63,337 bases of DNA, taken from positions 1 to 63,337 of the forward strand of contig CAZBDT010000001.1 of the NCBI GenBank assembly GCA_964490745.1, given 5' to 3'. The position numbers and the translations under genes are program-made. The notes below the pieces were generated by a model. It ran no database searches. It saw only the letters and a program-made list of their open reading frames with translations, and was not told where the DNA came from. This DNA comes from an uncultured Algimonas sp. (GTDB lineage Bacteria > Pseudomonadota > Alphaproteobacteria > Caulobacterales > Maricaulaceae). Of the stretch, positions 50,701 through 58,428 are shown one piece after another. Each line of letters starts with the position of its first letter. Position 1 is the first letter of the stretch.

Positions 50701-50876
50701 TTCCTCTTTCCGCGACGGCGAGAACACATGTTTCCTCTCCCAAACGCCTGGAAATTAATGGGAAAGGTGCCGAAATAAATCTGAAATCCGTTTGGCCGAT
50801 TGGGATCAAGCTTGCGGATCAGGATTTACGTATCATGATTGATTATGATGCAATGCTTTATCAGCCATTAGACTAA
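47748..50876 (+). CDS. Large membrane protein, GT-C-like N-terminus with soluble NTF2-like and Ig-like C-terminal regions
   Basis: TM1 followed by TYD..IH...W...WYTG....YPP loop, about 11 further TM segments, a soluble domain (WRYLTLGFGDQ), two more TM segments, then PEAVVERYY and LLPGES/LIPGEV repeats. Confidence 0.7.
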   Translation: MTARSWTYLAILLALMFHGALLPFTYGQTYDSYIHMFFGNHYLTSWFDPWETRWYTGFTVTAYPPGSHQALGILMRFMDMRVAFIVLQLLTIGILIIGVFRFSRLWVNDMAASYAAMLCAFSTSISETLHIFGQLPTLLSISLFLNAIPHISNWIEYGLKRDFILGLFLTAATTSVHHVTPLFGTVFFVAPIGIAALLANLKRRESSKPIGKLAYLKWASPAVLRGIIMGIGMLFLIITIVFPYWHWSITDPITQVSIPHGSRENFIAKPNLGLMFFVIPWGLLIAVIPYVFFKSMRTTLWPLGLSVLIALFLGTGGTTPLPRILLGPAFEILTLDRFTFWASILILPFAGLAVESLWDGRGKILINRAFGSFLSRAFLVLILVSYVGLAIGTALLPTFRPTQPDFIDPAPIVTFMNEDRHSDWRYLTLGFGDQFAYHSALINAESVDGNYHSARRLPSLMNYSVERLENSKYMGVPGLASLNQFLTNAEKFHLKYIFSNDEFYDPVLHYTGWNQVTRLNNGIRVWEKPDISPLPAIRPRRDLPHYQKLMWGILPIGSLILGLLTLISLALRQQLISSKSKPFLRKASSTYLTIQVPKPGPTLTVDIVTTPAPMPEAWTPPKIMTWLIRALPVVAATLAALIIILAIHNQRKPLQPEAVVERYYQHLDFRETTQAFSLLASNPDMDYSQFLKLQKLTGGLVPSFGKLTSVRAINVERTTNGQVRVRSELTYLTSIGIRPVIAEMTLQQNANGVWQIKYEPADKNFIPNLIINRNAPQFRDLTGQKYLTPTDSIQRLARPQIELMAAEVVEENGRLFVIGRLKNLSEFPTCTKALARAVDTESGTEFKQHAGRIGAHRLLPGESSAFRIDFEGYLKIQDQPFNSAYNPDEFSVAEFSSLPSDVNLSLSTTVCSPPYYKSVTFSDMRVLVKDDQEMLSVTVTNAGTEIVSTLQLKLSYIDTEDRPLWVEPYYLQNNLIPGEVRTLQIPLSATARTHVSSPKRLEINGKGAEINLKSVWPIGIKLADQDLRIMIDYDAMLYQPLD

Positions 50877-50915
50877 TCGTTTCTTTTTGTATTTTGGCCT
50901 GCGTGATCACGTTAT

Positions 50916-50949
50916 TTGCATATTGCAAAACTTGAAACGCATAATGCGA
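50916..50949. promoter_or_regulatory. Tandem LuxO-type enhancer sites upstream of the TolC gene
   Basis: TTGCA-TAT-TGCAA (50916-50928, perfect consensus) and ACGCA-TAA-TGCGA (50937-50949), centres 21 bp apart. Confidence 0.7.
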
Positions 50950-51010
50950 AATATTGACAAAATTCACACCTTATTAACCCTCTAACCTATTGTTTTTATT
51001 GAATCAGGGT

Positions 51011-51028
51011 TTGGTCTCTCAATTGCAA
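51011..51028 (+). promoter_or_regulatory. Sigma-54 promoter for the TolC gene
   Basis: TTGGTCTCTCAATTGCAA: GG at 51013-51014, N10, GC at 51025-51026. An IHF-like AAACAATAGGTTA (- strand, 50983-50995) lies between the enhancer and the promoter. Confidence 0.7.
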
Positions 51029-51056
51029 TGGTCTTTCAGTAAAACGGAGTTATGGC

Positions 51057-52511
51057 ATGACAATTGCGCAAAAAGACCGACCCTTTAAAAACACACTTAT
51101 ATTGTTCGGGCTTCTTGCAAGCTTCGCCGGTGGAGGGTGCGCGACGACGGCCGCAAAGTATGATGGCACAAACACCTCGGATTTGACTGATAGCGCATTG
51201 CGCACTCATGCTGTTCCACTAGAAACCGACACGTCTCTGACCATCGAGGATGTGAGGCGTCGGACCCTCTCTCATAATTCAGAATATGCTCGCGCTCAGA
51301 CTCAGCTCGTCGAGACAGTCAGAAAAGCCGGGATGGACGGGAAAGACTTTTTGCCGAAAGTCTATGCCAACAGCTACGGAACGTGGAGAAATAACACGGA
51401 CGCCTCTATTGGAAAACGAGTAGATGATCCGTCAGATACAATGCCACAAGATTTTTTCACAGCTCAGGACCAAGCTAATGCGAGATCAAACCTGACCGCG
51501 AGCTGGGACCTATTAGAAATCGGTTTAAGCGGGTTTAAAGCTAATAGACGCGCCATCAATGCCTACTCGCAAACTGAGCAAAACCAATATCTTTGCAATA
51601 AAATGATGGTGGATGTTGAAAACGCCTATTGGCGTGCGGTTGCCTTCGAACAAGCTGAAAAAAAGTCTGACTGGCTGAAAGGTCGGGTCACTTACGCCTT
51701 AGACCTCTCTCGCCAGCGCGCAGAACAGAATCCGGAAACTAAGTTACAAGAATTGATGTTTCAACGTGAGTTAATAGATATCAATCGGTGGTACCAATCG
51801 CTTTATAGATCATTGCTATCGGCGAAACCCGAACTTGCCAGATTAATGAATGTTCCAGCAGGAAGCCAATTCAATCTGGAGTCGACGCGCCTACCTTCTG
51901 ATTTAGGAGAAATGGGAAATAAAGATGTCTTAGAACTTATCAATATAGCTTATCAAAACCGACCAGAAATCCGCCAAGCGCTCTACAGAACTGACTTGAC
52001 AAAGCTAAAGAACAAGGAAGATCTCTGGCGGCATTTGCCTGCAATGCGATTTTTTCTCGGCGCAAACCATAACACGAATAGCTTCGTCCTAAATCAAGAT
52101 TTTCTATCTGCTGGCGTAAATCTAAGCTGGGATCTTCTACGCATTGGCCAGATTGGTGAAACAAAGCGAAACGGACAAATCGCGTTAGACGAACAAAAAA
52201 GACAAACCGAAATTCTCGCAAGTGCGGTGATGGCACAGGTCATGATCGCTCGTGAACAAATGCATACATTAGATTATGACCTAACGCTGGCGTGGAATGC
52301 TCTGTCTGTACAGGGCGAGATCACAGATGATCTGAATAAAGATGTTAGGTCAGGAACAAAACCTGAAACTTACTTAGTTAAAGAAGAATTAATGAAGGAA
52401 CTGTCCTACATCCGCGAACAAATGGCGCGAGCTGAATTACACACTGCTAAAGCTCGTCTATCGCAAAGTATCGGTGTCGTTCCGAACTGCCAACCTTCTA
52501 CCCAAATTTGA
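51057..52511 (+). CDS. TolC-family outer membrane protein (lipoprotein)
   Basis: GGGC lipobox; LPKV, SWDLL, NRPEI, LPAM...GVNLSWDLL and L.QSIG duplicated OEP motifs. Confidence 0.85.
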   Translation: MTIAQKDRPFKNTLILFGLLASFAGGGCATTAAKYDGTNTSDLTDSALRTHAVPLETDTSLTIEDVRRRTLSHNSEYARAQTQLVETVRKAGMDGKDFLPKVYANSYGTWRNNTDASIGKRVDDPSDTMPQDFFTAQDQANARSNLTASWDLLEIGLSGFKANRRAINAYSQTEQNQYLCNKMMVDVENAYWRAVAFEQAEKKSDWLKGRVTYALDLSRQRAEQNPETKLQELMFQRELIDINRWYQSLYRSLLSAKPELARLMNVPAGSQFNLESTRLPSDLGEMGNKDVLELINIAYQNRPEIRQALYRTDLTKLKNKEDLWRHLPAMRFFLGANHNTNSFVLNQDFLSAGVNLSWDLLRIGQIGETKRNGQIALDEQKRQTEILASAVMAQVMIAREQMHTLDYDLTLAWNALSVQGEITDDLNKDVRSGTKPETYLVKEELMKELSYIREQMARAELHTAKARLSQSIGVVPNCQPSTQI

Positions 52512-52682
52512 TAAAACCATTCCTCGTCAGACACGCTTTTAGACAATTGATAACGATTAGCTTCACCGAGATAGTCCGCCTGAAAATTACTGTACCATTG
52601 GTTCAGTATAGTAAGGTTGGAAATTTCGTATGACGGGTCGCATATTTACACATTTTGTGCAAATTCGAGAATGAGTTGCGGC

Positions 52683-54137
52683 CTAACTCGCTTTATATTG
52701 TTTCTCTAAATCATCTTTAATCCAGCCTTCTCTCTTCCTGTATATTGTTGAGGGACTGAGCTGTAAGATTTGAGAGGCTTTCGGAATGCTTCCATTACAG
52801 GATGAGATTACGGCCTCGATGATCTGCTTTTCAATTTGTATCATCGGTTGAATGACATCAATTGGAACCATTTTTTTCAGGGAATCCATAGGAGTCACAG
52901 GTTTCGAATTTTGAACCAATCCAATCAAATTATAATCATCAGAGGCGCCTAAGCCCTTGGCGTGTTTAAACGTCAACATATGCAATTCAAGCTCTACGCC
53001 ATCGTGAATGACCACGGCTTTTCGGATTATATTTTGTAATTCCCGTACATTGCCCGGCCAGTGATACGCCAACATCTCTAACCGCGCCTCAGATGATATT
53101 CTTTTGAACGCTTTATCTTCTTCTGCTGCGTATTGTTGCAAAAAGTGCTCTGCAAGCAAGATAATGTCACCGCCACGTTTAGAAAGTTGCGGTAATTCAA
53201 TGGTCAAAACGTCCAAACGATAAAACAAGTCTTCTCGAAATCGTTTTTCCGAGACTTCTATAATAGGTTTGCGATTTGTGGCGCAAATAATACGTACATC
53301 AACCTCTTCTATCCAGTCACTTCCAACGCGTTTGACGTGACCCGTTTGTAGGAAGCGTAATAATTTGGCCTGAAGTGCAATATCCATTTCACAAATTTCA
53401 TCCAAGAACAACGTTCCTCCATTGGCCATAGAGGCGGCACCCGCCCTCGCTTGATTTGCGCCGGTAAATGCACCTTTTATATGCCCGAAAATTTCAGACT
53501 CTATCAAATGCTCAGGCAAGGCGGCACAATTCAACGCGATAAAAGGCGCTTCGCGCCGGTCACTCAATTCATGAATCGCTTGAGCCGTCACCTCTTTACC
53601 TGTTCCGGACTCGCCCGTTATAAAAACTGCTGCGGATGAACTGGCGACACTCTCAATCAACTTATAAACTTCCCGCATGGGTTCTGATTCGCCAATGAAG
53701 CCGGCATTTCCTTGTAACGCTTTCGTCTGTTTTGGAGTGTGGATAGGCGTGGATACGGTTTTATTGTTGATGGCACTTCGTACTGTTTTTAATAGTTTTT
53801 CGACCGGGAACGGTTTGATGAGAAAATCAAATGCACCTGCCCTCATTGAGTCAACAGCCATATTTATCGATCCCTTTGCTGTCGTCACAATGAGATTGAT
53901 AGAAGAATTCGTGGCTTTCATCTTTTGAATGACGTCAATTCCGTTTCCGTCCTTTAGATCTGGATCAAGAATAACAGTAAAATGGCGGCCCGTTTTCAAT
54001 AATAAAAGCGCCTCTTCAAGTGTTTGACAATATTCGGCTTCAATCCCTGCTCGAGCCAGATTACGTTGGTACCTAATCGCAACAGATAATACACTCTCCA
54101 CGATCAATACTTCACTTACATTTTTTTTATCAGCCAT
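52683..54137 (-). CDS. Sigma-54-dependent response regulator, LuxO-like (paralog 2, partly degenerate receiver)
   Basis: REC (VLIVES, ILDPDL, IKPF); AAA+ GESGTGKE, ESEIFGHIKGAFTGA, LFLDEICEMD; HTH LSPSTIYRK. Confidence 0.9.
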   Translation of the reverse strand: MADKKNVSEVLIVESVLSVAIRYQRNLARAGIEAEYCQTLEEALLLLKTGRHFTVILDPDLKDGNGIDVIQKMKATNSSINLIVTTAKGSINMAVDSMRAGAFDFLIKPFPVEKLLKTVRSAINNKTVSTPIHTPKQTKALQGNAGFIGESEPMREVYKLIESVASSSAAVFITGESGTGKEVTAQAIHELSDRREAPFIALNCAALPEHLIESEIFGHIKGAFTGANQARAGAASMANGGTLFLDEICEMDIALQAKLLRFLQTGHVKRVGSDWIEEVDVRIICATNRKPIIEVSEKRFREDLFYRLDVLTIELPQLSKRGGDIILLAEHFLQQYAAEEDKAFKRISSEARLEMLAYHWPGNVRELQNIIRKAVVIHDGVELELHMLTFKHAKGLGASDDYNLIGLVQNSKPVTPMDSLKKMVPIDVIQPMIQIEKQIIEAVISSCNGSIPKASQILQLSPSTIYRKREGWIKDDLEKQYKAS

Positions 54138-54368
54138 TTTGTCCCTATACCGCTTGGCCTCAACGATCGAAAAATGACGTTAAGTGTTTGGATCCCAAAT
54201 TTGATAGGCGCCCTTGCCAGATCAATGTTCTACCTTTACGTGTATAGCCAAAATACAATTAAAAATTGTTGAACTTGGAGCAATGCGCTCAGATCTTTGT
54301 GATCTATACAACCCCGACCAAGCGTTCAGGCGTGCACGATCAAGGCGAAAAAAGAGACGCGATAAAAC

Positions 54369-54401
54369 AAAAAAGCATCTGACGCTTTTCACATCAGATG
54401 C
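54369..54401 (-). terminator. Rho-independent terminator after LuxO-like paralog 1
   Basis: - strand GCATCTGATG-TGAAAAG-CGTCAGATGC-TTTTTT. Confidence 0.8.
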
Positions 54402-54477
54402 CTGAATGAGAACTCCACCTCAGTGAAATCGGTCTGAGGGCCCCGTAAGAACGGTGAGCTAATATGTGACAGGAAAT

Positions 54478-55941
54478 TTATATTGCAATTTTCGAAACAT
54501 CTCGCCGATCTTGGCTTGCCTGTTCCCAAATCTCACGTTTCCGATATATTGTAGACGGGCTGAGGTGCAATATTTTAGATGCCTTGGGAATGCTCCCGTT
54601 ACAGGAAGAAATCACTGCTTCAATTATATTCCGTTCGATAGTCGTCATGGGTTGATGAATATCTACGCTAAGCAGTTTTTTCATAGATTGTTGCGGCGTG
54701 ATAACGGACGGCGCATCGACACTTCCAATCAGGCTATATTCTTGTTTTTGGGGCACCGAACGGCTCGCATTTAGCGATAACATGTGTGGTTCCAGTTCTA
54801 CACCATCATAAATCACTGCGGCCTTTCGGACGGCGTTCTGTAGTTCGCGAATATTGCCAGGCCAATGATATTCAAGCATCAGCTCTTGGGCCTCAGGTGA
54901 AATTGCCTTGAAATGCTTACCTTCTTCGGCGGCATATTTCTTCAAGAAACTTTCGGCCAACAAAATGACGTCTTTCCCGCGACGAGATAAGGGCGGTAAT
55001 TCAATTGAGAGCACATCGAGGCGATAGAATAAATCCTCCCGGAACCGTTTTTCCGCAACCTCTGTCATAGGATTTCTGTTGGTTGCGCACACGATACGTA
55101 CATCAACATCTTCCGACCAATCACTACCTACTCGCTTAATTTGACCGGTCTGTAAAAACCGCAGAAGTTTAGCTTGAAGATTAATGTCCATCTCGCAAAT
55201 TTCATCTAGGAATAGAGTGCCACCATTTGCTTGGCTTGCTGCGCCTTTCCTTGATTCATGCGCCCCGGTGAAGGCTCCTTTAACGTGGCCGAAAATTTCT
55301 GACTCGATCAGGTTTTCGGGCAATGCCGCGCAATTCAATGCGATAAATGGAGCGTCACGACGAAGACTTACCTTGTGTATTGCCTGAGCTGTCACCTCTT
55401 TACCTGTTCCGGACTCGCCCGTGATAAAGACGGCTGCGTTAGAATTCGCGACATTCTCAATCATTTCATAAACGGCCAACATTGGCGCTGACTCACCAAC
55501 AAATCCGGGAACTTGATTAGTTTTTAAATTCGTCTTTAGACTTTGTGCAGTTTTTGTAAGCTTATCTCGTTCGAGAGCATTCTTGACCGTCGTGAGAAGT
55601 TTCTCCGCAGGAAATGGCTTTATCAAAAAATCATAAGCGCCAGCTCGCATCGCGTCGACAGCCGTGTTAATGGACCCATTGGCAGTAATGACTATAAACG
55701 TAATGTTGTGATCCGTACCATCCATTTCCTGGATGATATCAAGGCCGTTCATATCCGGGAGTTGAAGATCCAATAAGACCGTATCAATTTTCCCTTTTCG
55801 GAGTTCAATCAATGCGAGTGCGCCAGATTTACAAATCTGAGACTGAATACCTGATTTTTTTAAATGCTGTTGATACATTAACGCCATGGATAATGTATCT
55901 TCTACAATCAACACCTTTGGTGTTGTTTTTGCCTTCGCCAT
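54478..55941 (-). CDS. Sigma-54-dependent response regulator, LuxO-like (paralog 1)
   Basis: VLIVEDT, LLDLQLPDM, TANGSINTAVDAMRAGAYDFLIKP, GFVG linker, ESEIFGHVKGAFTGA, LFLDEICEMD and SPSTIYRK: the pattern of Vibrio LuxO. Confidence 0.92.
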   Translation of the reverse strand: MAKAKTTPKVLIVEDTLSMALMYQQHLKKSGIQSQICKSGALALIELRKGKIDTVLLDLQLPDMNGLDIIQEMDGTDHNITFIVITANGSINTAVDAMRAGAYDFLIKPFPAEKLLTTVKNALERDKLTKTAQSLKTNLKTNQVPGFVGESAPMLAVYEMIENVANSNAAVFITGESGTGKEVTAQAIHKVSLRRDAPFIALNCAALPENLIESEIFGHVKGAFTGAHESRKGAASQANGGTLFLDEICEMDINLQAKLLRFLQTGQIKRVGSDWSEDVDVRIVCATNRNPMTEVAEKRFREDLFYRLDVLSIELPPLSRRGKDVILLAESFLKKYAAEEGKHFKAISPEAQELMLEYHWPGNIRELQNAVRKAAVIYDGVELEPHMLSLNASRSVPQKQEYSLIGSVDAPSVITPQQSMKKLLSVDIHQPMTTIERNIIEAVISSCNGSIPKASKILHLSPSTIYRKREIWEQASQDRRDVSKIAI

Positions 55942-55949
55942 TTCATCAC

Positions 55950-57989
55950 CTATGCCGCCTCTTCATTCTTGCCAAAGAGGTCGTCTAAATTGCGCAGGGT
56001 TACTTCGGCTAATTCTATAGCTCTCGTTCCATGCTTCACCATCTCCTTAAGGGTATCAGAAAAGCAATGAGAATTTGTTAACGCGGCATGTTCTGACAGC
56101 TCAACTAATCCGTATAATCCAGCCAGGCCTTTCAAAGTGTGACTCGCAAACTTTACGGCATTTATATCTTGGGCCACAATTGCGTTGCGCAATGAGGCTG
56201 TAACATTGGTCAAGTCAATTTCGAATTGGCCTTTAATCTCAACAATATCCTCGGCATCCAATCCGTCCAATAATCCGCCTGATACCTTCATAGGAGGAGT
56301 GTTAATATCATTAGCCTTTAACGATGATTGTTTTTCTTGATATTTCTTACACTGATCAGCTACAGCATTTATCAGATCTCTCGTGTTAAAAGGCTTCAGC
56401 ACAACTTGATCGACACCATATGATTTAAGCTCTTCAGCTTCACGCATATCGCCCATAGCCGTTAGAGCAATCACTGGAATGTTTGCGTTAAGACATTCCC
56501 GTTTTCGTAACAAACGTACGAGTTCTTTGCCGCCCATTTCAGGCATGAAAATATCTGTTAAAAGCAAATCAAACCCTTGCAAATCAAGGATGGATAAAGC
56601 TTCTACTCCGTTAACAGCCGCAACAATTTTAGCACCATGCTTTTTGAGAATACGTGTGACGACCATACGATTTGTGGCATTATCCTCCGCCAGTAAGATT
56701 TCTTTTCCCGAAATATCGGCCAAAGGACCCACTCCGACATCAGACGCAATAGGCGCTAAAGCTTTCGCCAATGGAATTTTAATCCAGAAATTAGACCCCT
56801 TCCCAAATTCACTTTCTACGCCTATGTCACCCTTCATCATTTTTACGAGAACTTTACAGATCGTCAGTCCTAATCCAGTCCCTTCGGAAGAGCGTGTATC
56901 TAAATCATCGACCATATAAAACTCTTCGAATAGCCGCTCTAATTTATCAGGCTTTATACCTACACCTGTGTCCTTTACGCGACACATTAAACTCCATTTG
57001 TCTTTGTCAGTCTCCTGTGCATCGACAATTAATTCGACCCTACCCTTGTCGGTATATTTGATTGCGTTACTCACAAAATTCATGAGAATCTGGCGTATTC
57101 GACCTACGTCACCTGACAGGTGAATTTTCGAGGTTGCCTCAGACTTGATCACGAGATCAATACCCCGCTCTTTCGCTTGCATTGCAAACAAACGATAGAC
57201 ATCATCAAAGACATCCGCAGCATAGAATGGCTCCTCTTGAACCTTTACCGATCCAGACGAAATTCTGGCGTAATCCAATACATCATTGATAATCCGCAAT
57301 AGAGATTTAGAAGTTCGCTCAGCGGTTTGGATAAGCTGTTTTTGGTCTTGGGTAAGTTTGGTGTCTCCGAGAATATCAAGGATACCCAGAACGGCATTGA
57401 AAGGCGTTCTAATTTCGTGACTCATAGCGGAGATAAATTGTGTCTTTGCACGATTGGCTAGCTCGGCAGCCTCCTTGGCATCCACAAGGGCCTTCTCCGC
57501 AGCCTTCGCTTCTGAAATATCTCGAATATAAGCGATAAAAATATCACCCGAAGAGCTCCGACTTCTAGAAATTGCAAGCTCGGACATGAACTCCTCTCCG
57601 TTCGCACGAACGGCCTCGATTTCAATACGCTGACCTAGGATATTGGCTTTGCCGGTTTCCCGCATTCTCTCCATGCCAGCATTATGAGCCTCTCGATATC
57701 GCTCCGGCACAATGAACGCGGCCATGTTTTCGCCTAAAATGTCTTCTTTCTTATATCCAAAAATACGCTCTGCGGATTCACTGAATTCCACGATTCGTCC
57801 ATCCGAATTAATAATGATAATTCCATCAAGAGACGCTGAAACGGTCGCGGCCATTTGTTCTGCTTGGATATCGGCTTCAAGCTTTGCAGTATTAGCTTTT
57901 GTTTGCCATTTTAGAGTAAAACGACGCCAAGCATAACCCAGAAAAAATGACGAAAATACCGCTAGCGCAATTAATAAAAAATTGTTCAT
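55950..57989 (-). CDS. Hybrid histidine kinase: TM-PAS-HisKA-HATPase-REC-Hpt
   Basis: FixL-like PAS (DGIIII...AERIFGY...G.N....P...REAH); SHEIRTP, NFVSNAIKYT, DTGVGI, GTGLGL; REC (LLAEDN, TDIFMP, LKP); Hpt (SHTLKG). Confidence 0.93.
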   Translation of the reverse strand: MNNFLLIALAVFSSFFLGYAWRRFTLKWQTKANTAKLEADIQAEQMAATVSASLDGIIIINSDGRIVEFSESAERIFGYKKEDILGENMAAFIVPERYREAHNAGMERMRETGKANILGQRIEIEAVRANGEEFMSELAISRSRSSSGDIFIAYIRDISEAKAAEKALVDAKEAAELANRAKTQFISAMSHEIRTPFNAVLGILDILGDTKLTQDQKQLIQTAERTSKSLLRIINDVLDYARISSGSVKVQEEPFYAADVFDDVYRLFAMQAKERGIDLVIKSEATSKIHLSGDVGRIRQILMNFVSNAIKYTDKGRVELIVDAQETDKDKWSLMCRVKDTGVGIKPDKLERLFEEFYMVDDLDTRSSEGTGLGLTICKVLVKMMKGDIGVESEFGKGSNFWIKIPLAKALAPIASDVGVGPLADISGKEILLAEDNATNRMVVTRILKKHGAKIVAAVNGVEALSILDLQGFDLLLTDIFMPEMGGKELVRLLRKRECLNANIPVIALTAMGDMREAEELKSYGVDQVVLKPFNTRDLINAVADQCKKYQEKQSSLKANDINTPPMKVSGGLLDGLDAEDIVEIKGQFEIDLTNVTASLRNAIVAQDINAVKFASHTLKGLAGLYGLVELSEHAALTNSHCFSDTLKEMVKHGTRAIELAEVTLRNLDDLFGKNEEAA

Positions 57990-58428
57990 GAGTGTACTTT
58001 CCTTTGACGAAATTATGACACGCTTTGATTAAAGTTCGGTTAGGGCTCCTGCAGGCTGTAATTGTTTCAGGAAAAAGTGTACTGCACTCAAACGCCTAGC
58101 CGCAAATTTTCACGACCTAATCCATCATCTTTGAATGGCACCCCTTGGGTTAGAATTTTGTCTTTGAAACGCAAATTTCGGAAGGGGTTTTCGCGCGTTT
58201 TCTTCGCCCTGATAGCTCCAATATTCACTATGGCGTTTGCGGAGATTTCCAAAATTTCTATTAGCTTATCGGTCCAATAAGTTTTGAATTATGTGGGGCT
58301 TACAGCCATTAATCACCAAGTTGCATTTAGAGCCTCGCAGTATACAGTTTGGAGCTATTGTGCGACTATCTCTAAAGCTAAATTTTCAGCCCTGAGGATT
58401 ATTCCGAAAAACAACTCTGTTTTATACA

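Noticed and set aside
54138-54477. A Vibrio-type qrr sRNA gene next to the LuxO-like genes; also ORFs 54214-54405 and 54466-54774
   Set aside because: No Qrr core sequence and no GG-N10-GC promoter found; the ORFs lack motifs and overlap a terminator or a real gene
58062-58280. 72-aa ORF between the kinase and the glycerophosphotransferase-like gene
   Set aside because: No RBS or recognisable motif in any frame I read
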